NCBI GenBank assembly: GCA_020025575.1
Contig: JAHHRW010000010.1
Coordinates: 250-64,249 of the forward strand
Reading direction: 5' to 3'
Origin: Oscillospiraceae bacterium
Lineage (GTDB): Bacteria > Bacillota > Clostridia > Oscillospirales > Oscillospiraceae
DNA: 64,000 nucleotides
In this document: positions 46,279 to 55,903 of the stretch, in pieces
Position numbering within the stretch: position 1 is the first letter of the stretch
How the letters are laid out: each line of letters opens with the position of its first letter
Position numbers and translations under genes: made by a program
The notes under the pieces: generated by a model
What the model saw: the letters and a program-made list of their open reading frames with translations, nothing else
Database searches by the model: none
What the model was told of the DNA's origin: nothing

Positions 46279-47882
46279 AACATCTGCGAACATATACCTG
46301 CCTGCTGCTGGTGCTGGCAAGCCTGCTGGGTCTAGCTGGATGCCACGGCTCCCGAGGGCTGGACGCCTTTCAGATTCCAGAGGAATTTGACACTTCCAGA
46401 CCGTATGAGATTACTTTCTGGGCGAAAAACGACACCAACAAGACCCAATCGAACATTTATGAAAAAGCCATCAAGGACTTTGAATCCATATATCCCAATA
46501 TTCATGTAAATCTGCGGCTTTACACGGACTATGGCAAGATTTACAACGATGTCATTACAAACATTTCCACAGGCACCACCCCCAATGTATGCATCACCTA
46601 TCCGGATCATATTGCAACCTATATGACCGGAACCAACAGCGTTGTCCCTCTGGACGAACTGTTGGTCAACCCAAAATACGGTCTTGGCGGCAGTGAAGTG
46701 GCCTTTGATGCGCCTGTGAAAGCGGAAATCATTCCCCAATTTCTGAAAGAATGCTTTATCGGCGGTCATTACTACGCACTGCCCTATATGCGCTCCACAG
46801 AGGCCTGCTATATCAACAAAACTTATGTAGAATCCTTGGGCTATACCCTGCCGGAGCAGCTCACATGGGATTTCATCTGGGAAGTATCCGAAGCCGCCGC
46901 CAAAAAGGGCGCTGACGGTAACTACCTTCTGAACGGCCAGCCCGTTATGATTCCTTTTATCTACAAATCCACCGACAACATGATGATTCAGTTACTTCGT
47001 CAGGCCGGTGCCGGCTATTCCACCGATACAGGTGATATCCAGATTTTCAACGACACCACCAGAGGGATTCTGGAAACTGTCGCCTCCCATGTGAAAACCG
47101 GGGCTTTCTCTACCTTTAAGATATCCAGTTATCCTGCCAACTTTTTGAATGCCGGCCAGTGCGTCTTTGCCATCGACTCCACTGCCGGAGCTACATGGAT
47201 GGGTACCAATGCACCCCTTTCCGATATCAGCGGGGATAAGCTGGTGGAATTTGAAACCGAAGTACGCCCCATCCCCCAGCTTGACCCCAATCATCCCCAG
47301 ATGATTTCTCAGGGGCCTTCTGTTTGCGTGTTCAATAAGTCGGATCCTCAAGAAGTTCTGGCATCTTGGCTTTTTGTCCAATATCTTCTGACCAACGATG
47401 TGCAGATTGCCTATTCCCAAACCGAAGGCTATATTCCCGTCACCGCAAAAGCCCACAGTGACGCTGGATATCAGGAGTATCTTTCCCGTGCCGGGGAGGA
47501 CAATGGATTTTACTATGATGTAAAGCTGAAAGCATCCAAGCTGCTGCTGGACAACATGGAAAACACTTTTGTAGCCCCTGTATTCAATGGTTCGGCATCC
47601 CTGAGAGACGCCGCCGGACAGCTGATTGAAAACACTGCAAAATCTGTCAGGCGAAATGAGCAGATTGATGATGCCTACTTTGATACGCTTTATGAAAACA
47701 TTTCTTCCCTGTACCGACTGGATCAGATTGGAAATCAAGGTGCATTCTCCTCTGCAAAAGAAAAAGATCTGGGAAAACTTCCCACAACTTCCGTGATTTT
47801 GCTCAGTTCTCTTGGCGCTGCATGGCTCTGCATTGTAGCTTATGCCGTTTTCAAGAGATTCCAGGAGAAAAAGTCCCGTTAA
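46275..47882 (+). CDS. Large extracellular solute-binding lipoprotein with an extra C-terminal TM anchor
   Basis: Lipobox LLGLAGCHG. The C-terminus reads LPTTSVILLSSLGAAWLCIVAYAVFKRFQEKKSR. Confidence 0.85.
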   Translation: MKHLRTYTCLLLVLASLLGLAGCHGSRGLDAFQIPEEFDTSRPYEITFWAKNDTNKTQSNIYEKAIKDFESIYPNIHVNLRLYTDYGKIYNDVITNISTGTTPNVCITYPDHIATYMTGTNSVVPLDELLVNPKYGLGGSEVAFDAPVKAEIIPQFLKECFIGGHYYALPYMRSTEACYINKTYVESLGYTLPEQLTWDFIWEVSEAAAKKGADGNYLLNGQPVMIPFIYKSTDNMMIQLLRQAGAGYSTDTGDIQIFNDTTRGILETVASHVKTGAFSTFKISSYPANFLNAGQCVFAIDSTAGATWMGTNAPLSDISGDKLVEFETEVRPIPQLDPNHPQMISQGPSVCVFNKSDPQEVLASWLFVQYLLTNDVQIAYSQTEGYIPVTAKAHSDAGYQEYLSRAGEDNGFYYDVKLKASKLLLDNMENTFVAPVFNGSASLRDAAGQLIENTAKSVRRNEQIDDAYFDTLYENISSLYRLDQIGNQGAFSSAKEKDLGKLPTTSVILLSSLGAAWLCIVAYAVFKRFQEKKSR

Positions 47883-47960
47883 CACCTGTAAAAGATTGAT
47901 TTTTATTTTCAGAAGAGTATAATATGGTTCGTGAGGAAAATAAAAACTATGAAATGAGGA

Positions 47961-48707
47961 ATGAAAATGAAAAAGTTCGTTGCACTGTCCATGGCTCTTG
48001 TTCTGGCTCTGTCCATGTTTGGCTGCTCTTCCGCTGCCAAGGATGACCCCAGCAAGAAATCCGAAGGCGTCATGACCTACACTGAGTACGCTGCTGCCCC
48101 TGTTGAATCCGAAGTTGTCATCGAGGCTTATGTTCAGGCAAAGCAGTCCTGGTGGGAAGACAAGGCTACCGTCTACGCCCAGGATGCTGACGGCGCTTAC
48201 TTCCTGTACGATATGGCCTGCTCCAAAGAGGACTATGAAAAGCTGACCACCGGCACCAAGATCAAGGTTACCGGCTACAAGGCTGAGTGGTCCGGCGAAG
48301 TTGAAATCATCGATGCTACTTTCGAGATCCTGGAGGGCAACTTTGTTGCAACCCCCATGGACGCTACCGCACTGCTGGGCACCGATGAGCTGATTCAGCA
48401 TCAGAACCAGCTGGCTTCCTTCAAGGGCATGACCGTTGAGGCTTCTCAGACCCAGGACAAGCAGGATGTTGCTTTCCTGTACAACTGGGATGGTTCCGGT
48501 CAGGATGGCGATGACCTGTACTTCAACGCTTCTGTCAATGGCCAGACCTATACCTTTGTCATTGAGTCCTACCTGTGTGACAAGACCACCGATGTCTACA
48601 ATGCCGTCAAGTCTCTGAAGGTTGGCGACAAGATTGATATGGAAGGTTTCCTGTACTGGTATGAGGGCGTAAATCCCCACATCACCTCTGTGACTGCCGC
48701 AAAGTAA
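47961..48707 (+). CDS. Lipoprotein of unknown function
   Basis: Lipobox SMFGCSS. The start is probably the second ATG (47967), 6 nt after GAGGA. Confidence 0.7.
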   Translation: MKMKKFVALSMALVLALSMFGCSSAAKDDPSKKSEGVMTYTEYAAAPVESEVVIEAYVQAKQSWWEDKATVYAQDADGAYFLYDMACSKEDYEKLTTGTKIKVTGYKAEWSGEVEIIDATFEILEGNFVATPMDATALLGTDELIQHQNQLASFKGMTVEASQTQDKQDVAFLYNWDGSGQDGDDLYFNASVNGQTYTFVIESYLCDKTTDVYNAVKSLKVGDKIDMEGFLYWYEGVNPHITSVTAAK

Positions 48708-48721
48708 TTCCATAACGACCG

Positions 48722-48761
48722 CAAAGGGCGCACTCCGAAGGGAATGCGCCCTTTGTTTTTT
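48722..48761 (+). terminator. Rho-independent terminator after the lipoprotein gene
   Basis: caaagggcgca / tgcgccctttg followed by TTTTTT. Confidence 0.8.
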
Positions 48762-48883
48762 AGAATTTTCCCTGGGGGCACAGGACACCGTTGGCTTGCT
48801 CGAAGTTGATTGTAAAGTGACAAATCTGTAATGGTAATCCGGAGTCAAAGATGATATGATGTTCAAAATAAGGAGTTGTTTCT

Positions 48884-49552
48884 ATGGATAAGATTTTGCT
48901 TGTAGAGGATGATGCATCCATCATCCATGCCCTCAGCAGTTTTTTAACAACCGAACATTTTCTGGTGGAATCTGTAACCGGACAAAGCGATGCCATTACC
49001 GCTCTGGAGCATAAAGCCCCGGACTTGGCGCTGGTCGATATTTCTCTGGCAGAGGGCAATGGATTCGCTGTCTGTTCCCGGGCAAAAGAATTGGGGGTCC
49101 CTGTCATTTTCTTGACTGCCTCCAGCGATGAATACAGCGTGGTCACTGGGCTTGATATGGGCGCAGACGACTATATTTCCAAACCGTTCCGCCCCAGAGA
49201 GCTGGTTTCCCGGATTCGCAGTGTCCTGCGCAGAGTCGGAAAACGGCAAAACATTATCACGATCGGGGAACTCACCATCGATATGGATAAGGGCAGTGTC
49301 CTGCGCCATGGACAGAATGTATATCTGTCTGCCCTGGAATACAAGCTGTTCCTTGTTTTTCTCAACAACCGGGGACAGGTGCTGAGCCGGGATCGGCTGT
49401 TGGAAGAGATCTGGGACTGCGCCGGGGATTTTGTAGGAGACAACACCCTCACGGTGTATATCAAACGGCTGCGAGATAAGATTGAGCCTGACCCCCAGAA
49501 CCCCATCTACATCCGAACCATCCGAGGGATGGGCTACCAGCTGGAGGGATGA
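48884..49552 (+). CDS. OmpR-family response regulator (BceR/VanR-like)
   Basis: Receiver domain (LLVEDD, DLALVDISL, KPF) and winged helix (IRTIRGMGYQL). Confidence 0.95.
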   Translation: MDKILLVEDDASIIHALSSFLTTEHFLVESVTGQSDAITALEHKAPDLALVDISLAEGNGFAVCSRAKELGVPVIFLTASSDEYSVVTGLDMGADDYISKPFRPRELVSRIRSVLRRVGKRQNIITIGELTIDMDKGSVLRHGQNVYLSALEYKLFLVFLNNRGQVLSRDRLLEEIWDCAGDFVGDNTLTVYIKRLRDKIEPDPQNPIYIRTIRGMGYQLEG

Positions 49553-50553
49553 GCGTGTTTCAGAACAACAAAGAACTTCATTTTGGTCTGGGTATCTTGA
49601 TGGTTTCCACCGTTATATTGTCCGTGGTTGGATTTTGCTTTTCGTCCGTCTGCGGAAGTTTGGTGATGGTCGCCTGTATGGTGACAATGGGTGTATATTG
49701 TGCCACAGAATACTACCGCTACCGGCAGCTGCAAAAACTCAGTCATGATTTAGACACCCTTCTGGCTGCCGGTACCCCTCTGCCCATTCGGGGCTATGCT
49801 GAGGGGGAGCTTTCCATTCTTGCGAATCAGATTCAAAAAATCACCATACAGCTCAGCGAGTCTGCCGAGGCAAGCCAATCCGATAGACTGTACTTAGCGG
49901 ATTCTCTGGCAGATATTTCCCATCAGCTGCGAACCCCTCTGACCGCCATGAATCTCACCGCCACCATGCTCCGTGACCCAAATCTCCCCAGCGAAAAACG
50001 GATTGCACTTGCAAGAGATCTGCAAAGTCTTCTATCCCGTACCGACTGGCTGGTGGAAAGTCTTTTGAAATTAAGCAAGCTGGATGCAGGCACGGTCACA
50101 CTGGCAAAAGAACCTGTTGCCGTCTCGGAGCTAATTCACCGCGCAGCATCCGCCATTGCAATCCCCATGGATTTGCGCAATCAACAGCTTGTTGTGAACT
50201 GCACCCAGGAGCAATTCGTTGGCGATTTAATCTGGACATCTGAGGCACTGGGCAATATCCTAAAAAACTGCATGGAGCATACCCCCGATGGCGGTAGCAT
50301 TACAGTTACCGCTCTGGAAACTGCGCTTTATACCCAGCTGGAAGTGACCGACACGGGCTCCGGATTCCAACCAGAGGATCTGCCCCACCTGTTTGAACGA
50401 TTCTATCGAGGCAGCAACGCATCCCAGACAAGCTACGGCATCGGGCTTGCCCTGGCCCGAACGGTCATTGTGTCCCAGAATGGAACGGTACAGGCAATGA
50501 ACACGCCATCCGGAGCAAAATTCGTGATTAAATTCTATAAACAGGTTATTTGA
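49549..50553 (+). CDS. Intramembrane-sensing histidine kinase (BceS-like)
   Basis: Two adjacent TM helices joined by a loop of about 3 aa. H-box SHQLRTPLT, plus N, G1 (DTGSGF) and G2 (GIGLAL) boxes. Confidence 0.9.
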   Translation: MSVFQNNKELHFGLGILMVSTVILSVVGFCFSSVCGSLVMVACMVTMGVYCATEYYRYRQLQKLSHDLDTLLAAGTPLPIRGYAEGELSILANQIQKITIQLSESAEASQSDRLYLADSLADISHQLRTPLTAMNLTATMLRDPNLPSEKRIALARDLQSLLSRTDWLVESLLKLSKLDAGTVTLAKEPVAVSELIHRAASAIAIPMDLRNQQLVVNCTQEQFVGDLIWTSEALGNILKNCMEHTPDGGSITVTALETALYTQLEVTDTGSGFQPEDLPHLFERFYRGSNASQTSYGIGLALARTVIVSQNGTVQAMNTPSGAKFVIKFYKQVI

Positions 50554-50573
50554 AAAATCAGACACCAGCTGCT

Positions 50574-50629
50574 TTGTGACGATTCTGTCACAAGCGTGTC
50601 ACTTGGGTGTCACTTTGCCCCTGTATACT
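50574..50629 (+). promoter_or_regulatory. Operator array plus -10 element upstream of the ABC/FtsX genes
   Basis: Inverted repeat TTGTGAC-N6-GTCACAA (50574-50593). TGTCAC occurs at 50586, 50597 and 50608, an exact 11-bp period. TGTATACT -10 at 50622-50629. Confidence 0.5.
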
Positions 50630-50658
50630 AAAGGCATATCAAACAGGAGGTCATTCCT

Positions 50659-51339
50659 ATGGAAATTCTAAGAGTTGAGCACCTTTCTAAGATTTATGGA
50701 AAAAATGAAAATCAGGTTCGGGCATTGGATGATGTGTCCTTCTCCGTGGAGAAGGGTCAGTTCGTCGCCATCATTGGCCCCTCCGGTTCCGGCAAGTCCA
50801 CCCTGCTGCACATACTGGGTGGTGTTGACCGCCCCACATCCGGAAAAGTCTTTCTGGATGGGCAGGATGTTTTTGCCCAGAATGAAGACCAGCTGGCCAT
50901 CTTCCGCCGCCGGCAGGTGGGTCTCATCTACCAGTTTTACAATCTGATTCCCGTTTTGAATGTGACAGAAAACATCACTCTGCCTGTTCTCATGGATGGG
51001 CGCAAGGTAAATGAGCAGCGGCTGGATGAGCTGCTCACCACACTGAATCTGCACGGAAGGGAAACACACCTTCCAAATCAGCTGTCCGGCGGTCAGCAGC
51101 AGCGGGTTTCCATTGGCAGAGCCTTGATGAATTCCCCTGCCGTTGTATTGGCAGATGAACCCACCGGCAACCTGGATTCCAAAAACTCCCAGGAAATTGT
51201 AGAGCTGCTGAAACTTTCCAACAAACAATACGGGCAGACGCTCATTGTCATTACCCACGATGAATCCATCGCATTGCAGGCAGACCGAATCATTACCATT
51301 GAAGATGGTCATATCTGGCGAGATGAGGTGATTCGATGA
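50659..51339 (+). CDS. ABC transporter ATP-binding protein (BceA/MacB type)
   Basis: GPSGSGKST, LSGGQQQR, VLADEPTGNLD. Confidence 0.95.
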   Translation: MEILRVEHLSKIYGKNENQVRALDDVSFSVEKGQFVAIIGPSGSGKSTLLHILGGVDRPTSGKVFLDGQDVFAQNEDQLAIFRRRQVGLIYQFYNLIPVLNVTENITLPVLMDGRKVNEQRLDELLTTLNLHGRETHLPNQLSGGQQQRVSIGRALMNSPAVVLADEPTGNLDSKNSQEIVELLKLSNKQYGQTLIVITHDESIALQADRIITIEDGHIWRDEVIR

Positions 51340-54128
51340 ACATTATGAATCGGGTCACCTGGCGCGCCATGTGGCAAAATCGGACTCGAACGCTGGTCAC
51401 CATTGTGGGCATTATCCTGTCTGCTGCCATGTTCACCGCTGTGACAACCCTGGGTGTCAGTCTGCTGAATTACATGATTGATGCAGAAATGCACAACACC
51501 GGCGATTATTTCATTCAGTACGACTACGCATCGGATGAAGATTTAGAAAGCCTGCGTCAGCAGGAATCTGTCAGCAGCCTGGGTGATTTGAAAGCCTTGG
51601 GATACACAACCTTTGAATCCCTGACCGACGAATCATTCCGTGCAGAAACCTGCATTGTTGCAGCCGGTGATGATGCTTTTTTCCACATGGTTGCCACACA
51701 TCTGGAAGAGGGCCAGCTCCCGCAGACCAGCTCCCAAATCGTCATTCCCCGCAGTGTTTCCGATTTTCTTCAGGAATCCGGTATTCCCTGTGACATTGGA
51801 GACATCCTGACGCTGGAAATTGTCCCTGAATATCCGTCATCACCAATTCCTCTGCCCAGCAAAGGGGGCATTGCTTTTACGCAGCACTATGAAATTGTGG
51901 GTATTTCGGACTATTATCAGGCATTTGACGATATCGATCTCAATCTGAACCATCTGCTGACCTATGCCGATGGCAGCGAAAAAGCGTTATGGCATCGGTT
52001 CTTTGTAAAAACGGACCCTGCCAATGCCGCCTATGATTTGAAGGAACTATCCTACGGTGCTTCTTCCCTGAATTACAACCTGCTGCAACTGATGGGTGGA
52101 AATAAATACCGTAATTTTGATACCGTAATCCAAAATTTCTGCATCATGCTGATGGGCATCATTATGATCGGTTCCATCAGTCTGATTTATAACGCATTCT
52201 CCATTTCTGTGTCTGAACGGACAAAGCAGTTTGGGCTGCTCTCCAGCATTGGCGCTACCAGAAAGCAGCTGCGGCGCAGTGTCTACTTTGAAGCCCTTTC
52301 CCTTTGCGCAATCAGCATTCCCCTGGGAATCCTGTTCGGATATCTGGGAATTGCAGCAACCCTGTATCTGACCCATGATATCATCGAGTCTTTTCTGTGG
52401 AGTGCCTCTGAGAACGGCGTTTTCCTCAAGGCAGTCCCCTCCATTGCTGCCTTTGTTGCCGCCGGAGCCATTTCCCTTGTGACGGTTCTGATTTCCTGCC
52501 GGATTCCCGCTGGCCGTGCGACGAAAATCGCCCCCATCAGCGCCATTCGCCAAACCCAGGAATACGATGCATCCAAGGCAAATGTGAAGGTCGGAAAGCA
52601 AACGGCAAAACTCTTTGGCTTGCCGGGAATCCTTGCGAAAAAGTACTATACCGTCAGCAAGAAGAAATACCGTTCCACCGTTTTTTCCATCACCATCAGT
52701 GTGGTGCTCTTCATCACCGCATTCAGTTTCACCAATGAACTCCAGGGCATTGTCCAGCAGAACGCAAATACATACAATTATGATATGGATATCTACTTTT
52801 CGACCCAGGAGGAACTGGCTCAGCTCCGGGCGCAGCCTTTTGTTGCAGAATCCGCCCTTGTGCAGGACACGCCTTTCTATAGCTACATCCCGGACAATGC
52901 TTTCTCCGACGAATATGTAACCTTGTGGAACGAGGCAATCGAAAATGGAAACGCGTCCAATCACATTGACGCCAAGCGTACACGGGTCTATTATCTGGAG
53001 GATGCCGTTTTCAGAGCCTATCTGGATGCGCATAAAATCGATCCTGCACCCTATTTTGATGCCAAAACCCCCACTGCCCTGGTCAGCGCGGCAGATATCA
53101 TGATTTATTCTACGGATGAATCCGGCAATCCCACCCGAGTCTCTCACCACGAAAATGTTTTTCTGGATGATGCAGCCACCATCGATCTCTATCCCGTTGC
53201 TCTGCCTGCACAGGTGGATGACTTTATCCTAAAAATGAGCAATTCTCATTACTTGGAACTATCCTCTTATGACGGTATGCTGGTAATTTCATTCTACTTT
53301 GATGAATCCGATTTATCCGAATTTTCCAAGTCCCAGCCATTTCTGATGGAGGACAACAGCCTCCACATTGCCATCAGACGGGAAAAGCAGGACGGCATCA
53401 TCACAGATGGCTACTACCTTTTGAATCCGGTCACCAGAGAAATGGATTCCAAGCCTCTGGCTGAAACCACTTCCCCCGATACCGAATTCTGCATGCATCT
53501 GGGCGCTGCAATTGATGAGCTGCCCTTTGGCATACCCACGGGCTCTAATGAAAATACCATTGCCCTCATTCTGCCTCTTTCCATGGCAAATCCAGAGACT
53601 GCGCTCCCCCAGCTTGCCATCAAAACAACCGATTACCAAGGCACCCTCAATTTCTTAGAGGAAAACGAGCTGACCTATGCGGATTATCTGAGCTTCCAGA
53701 TGGATTTCCGGAACTATATCACAATCATAAATATTTTTTGCTATGGTTTTATCGTCCTGATTTCTCTGATTTGTGTCTGCAATGTTTTCAACACCATTTC
53801 CACAAACATTGCATTGCGGCGCAAGGATTTCGGTATGCTGCGGAGCATCGGCATGAAAAACAGCGAGCTATATCGAATGATGTCCTTTGAGTGTCTGCAA
53901 TATGGTCTCAAGGCGATGCTGTTTGGGTTTCCTCTTTCCCTTGCGGCAAGCGTTGGAATCCATCAGATTGCACGAGATGTATCCGCTGGCCTCTATCAGC
54001 CTCCCATTGCCGCCATTTTGATTGCTGCATGCTGCGTATTCCTTGTGGTGTTCATCACCATGTACTATGCAGTCACAAAGCTTAAAAAAGACAATCCCAT
54101 CGAGGCCATTCGGATGGAATCTGTGTAA
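51336..54128 (+). CDS. FtsX-family ABC permease, tandem type (930 aa) with two large extracytoplasmic domains
   Basis: Two FtsX-like TM bundles (around residues 270-400 and 790-925) are separated by long hydrophilic segments. A 4-nt overlap links it to the ATPase gene. Confidence 0.9.
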   Translation: MNIMNRVTWRAMWQNRTRTLVTIVGIILSAAMFTAVTTLGVSLLNYMIDAEMHNTGDYFIQYDYASDEDLESLRQQESVSSLGDLKALGYTTFESLTDESFRAETCIVAAGDDAFFHMVATHLEEGQLPQTSSQIVIPRSVSDFLQESGIPCDIGDILTLEIVPEYPSSPIPLPSKGGIAFTQHYEIVGISDYYQAFDDIDLNLNHLLTYADGSEKALWHRFFVKTDPANAAYDLKELSYGASSLNYNLLQLMGGNKYRNFDTVIQNFCIMLMGIIMIGSISLIYNAFSISVSERTKQFGLLSSIGATRKQLRRSVYFEALSLCAISIPLGILFGYLGIAATLYLTHDIIESFLWSASENGVFLKAVPSIAAFVAAGAISLVTVLISCRIPAGRATKIAPISAIRQTQEYDASKANVKVGKQTAKLFGLPGILAKKYYTVSKKKYRSTVFSITISVVLFITAFSFTNELQGIVQQNANTYNYDMDIYFSTQEELAQLRAQPFVAESALVQDTPFYSYIPDNAFSDEYVTLWNEAIENGNASNHIDAKRTRVYYLEDAVFRAYLDAHKIDPAPYFDAKTPTALVSAADIMIYSTDESGNPTRVSHHENVFLDDAATIDLYPVALPAQVDDFILKMSNSHYLELSSYDGMLVISFYFDESDLSEFSKSQPFLMEDNSLHIAIRREKQDGIITDGYYLLNPVTREMDSKPLAETTSPDTEFCMHLGAAIDELPFGIPTGSNENTIALILPLSMANPETALPQLAIKTTDYQGTLNFLEENELTYADYLSFQMDFRNYITIINIFCYGFIVLISLICVCNVFNTISTNIALRRKDFGMLRSIGMKNSELYRMMSFECLQYGLKAMLFGFPLSLAASVGIHQIARDVSAGLYQPPIAAILIAACCVFLVVFITMYYAVTKLKKDNPIEAIRMESV

Positions 54129-54140
54129 CAGCGCGCAATA

Positions 54141-54174
54141 AACCCGGCTCTGCGTCAACGCTCAGAGCCGGGTT
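54141..54174. terminator. Terminator between the convergent permease and folC genes
   Basis: aacccggctctg / cagagccgggtt. Confidence 0.7.
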
Positions 54175-54208
54175 ACTATTTTTATGACGAGTGATGCATC
54201 GCCTGCGA

Positions 54209-55483
54209 TCAGATGTTCACATGATGCAGTGCCTCACGAATTGTGCCAATGCTGTACAGGGAGCCGAAACACATAATCACACCGTCTGCACCTGCAAGTT
54301 CCATTGCCTTTTTCACACCATCGTCAATGCTGTCACAGGCAGTTGCGCAAGCTCCCGCCTGCTGAAGATAGGCTGCAAGCTGGGATGCCTCCAGTTTTCT
54401 GGGGTTGGGTGGTGTGATGCAGACGAACTGCTCCACCAAGGGCATCACAGGCTGATACATATCCGCATAGTCCTTATCCGCCAAAACGCCTGTCAGTGCA
54501 ATGATTCTGCGGCCCGCAAGATAGTCCTGAATGTTCTTGACCAGAGCCTCCAGGCACTGGGGATTGTGACCGCCATCAATGATGAACAGAGGATCTCGGC
54601 TGACCACGTCGAAACGACCGGCCCAGCGGGTGTCCCGAAGGCCCTCGGAAATATGTTCCTCTGTGATATGCCAACCCTTTTCAATCAGCGTGTCAATGAT
54701 TTCCAGAACCACTGCAGCATTTTTCAGCTGATGTGCGCCCAACAGCGGCAGAAACAGATTCTTTCTTGCACCGCAGTCAAACACCTGACCATCCAAATCA
54801 TGGGTATGGAGCTTGATTGCATCAAAGTCAGCCTTTCTCAGCTTTACATTGCGCTCTTTGCAGATATTTTCCAGTACCGCTTCCACAGAAGGTGCACTGC
54901 GATAAATGACTGCGCTGCCATTTTCCTTGAAGATTCCCGCCTTGGTTTCTGCAATTTTTTCCAAGGTATCCCCCAGATATTCCGTGTGATCCAAACCGAT
55001 ATTGGTAATCACAGCAACCTCCGGCACCTCGATGACATTGGTGGAATCCAGCGCACCGCCCATGCCCACCTCCAGCACCACGATGTCGCAGTTCTGGCGG
55101 AAGAAATACTCGAAAGCGATGCAGGATACCAATTCAAATTCTGTGGGGGTATCCTCCATAGATTCTGCCATTGGTTTCACAAATTCGGTAACAGCAGCCA
55201 GATCTTCGTCGGAAATTTCCGTGCCGTTCACCTGCATCCGCTCGTGGAAACGGTAGATATAGGGGGAAGTAAACAGTCCCGTGCGGTAGCCTGCCTTCTG
55301 CAGAATGGACGCTGTCATGGCGGCTGTACTGCCCTTGCCGTTGGTTCCGGCAATGTGGACGAATTTCAGCTTTTTTTCGGGATTTCCCATCTTCCGGAGC
55401 AAAGTCTGGGTGCGTTCCAGTCCCGGAACACTGCCCTTCCAGCAGACGGAATGAATGTATTCGATTGCTTCATTTGCGGTCAT
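54209..55483 (-). CDS. folC: Bifunctional folylpolyglutamate synthase / dihydrofolate synthase
   Basis: HIAGTNGKGST P-loop and Mur-ligase layout. GAAAGGA RBS. Confidence 0.95.
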   Translation of the reverse strand: MTANEAIEYIHSVCWKGSVPGLERTQTLLRKMGNPEKKLKFVHIAGTNGKGSTAAMTASILQKAGYRTGLFTSPYIYRFHERMQVNGTEISDEDLAAVTEFVKPMAESMEDTPTEFELVSCIAFEYFFRQNCDIVVLEVGMGGALDSTNVIEVPEVAVITNIGLDHTEYLGDTLEKIAETKAGIFKENGSAVIYRSAPSVEAVLENICKERNVKLRKADFDAIKLHTHDLDGQVFDCGARKNLFLPLLGAHQLKNAAVVLEIIDTLIEKGWHITEEHISEGLRDTRWAGRFDVVSRDPLFIIDGGHNPQCLEALVKNIQDYLAGRRIIALTGVLADKDYADMYQPVMPLVEQFVCITPPNPRKLEASQLAAYLQQAGACATACDSIDDGVKKAMELAGADGVIMCFGSLYSIGTIREALHHVNI

Positions 55484-55633
55484 TGTTGATGCATCCTTTC
55501 GTTATCAGTCTACATCGGCAGATAAAATCAGCCGGTATCCCAATCGTTCAAAAATTCCAGAATGGAACAGTATATATACGCTGGTTAGGCGCAACGGGTC
55601 ACACAGTCTAAACGGTCCCAGCGGGCAGAATGC

Positions 55634-55664
55634 AATAAAAAAATCCCGACGACGGATCATCGGG
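55634..55664 (-). terminator. Intrinsic terminator of the riboswitch expression platform
   Basis: On the minus strand: CCCGAUGA-UCCG-UCGUCGGG followed by AUUUUUUUAUU. Confidence 0.7.
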
Positions 55665-55768
55665 GAGATTATTACAGACCTGGACTACCCCTAGGGAAGG
55701 ACAGCAAAAATCGCCGACCAATCGCCCCACCGAGTATCGTTGCTGCCGAGAGGAGTAATCTCCTATAT

Positions 55769-55872
55769 GGCGCAGCGGGTGCGGAAACCCTATCGCGGAC
55801 AAAATCCTTCGTCTGCCAGACAACTCCCCATTTTGGCAGCACTTCACGCAGGGAACCCTGCTCTGTTCTTGG
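55769..55872 (-). promoter_or_regulatory. THF (tetrahydrofolate) riboswitch aptamer upstream of folC
   Basis: On the minus strand: ACAGAGCAG..CUGCGUGAAGUG-CUGCCA..AUGGGGAG..UGGCAG-ACGAAGG..CCGCG..GCACCCGCUGC. This matches the conserved blocks of the THF-I class as I remember them from the E. siraeum aptamer (AGAGUAG, GCGUUAAGUG, AUGGGA, ACGAAG, GCAUCCGCU). Confidence 0.75.
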
Positions 55873-55874
55873 CT

Positions 55875-55903
55875 ATCATACATCACCCTTCGACAAATGT
55901 AAA
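55875..55903 (-). promoter_or_regulatory. Sigma-A promoter candidate driving the riboswitch and folC
   Basis: On the minus strand: TTTACA (55903-55898), 17 nt, TATGAT (55880-55875). The aptamer starts about 7 nt downstream. Confidence 0.55.

Noticed and set aside
46992-48866. 624-aa minus-strand ORF
   Set aside because: It is antisense to the SBP 3' end and to the lipoprotein gene. It crosses an intergenic region and a terminator and has no recognisable motifs.
54191-55489. 432-aa plus-strand ORF
   Set aside because: It is an exact mirror of folC, which has the Mur-ligase P-loop and an RBS on the minus strand.
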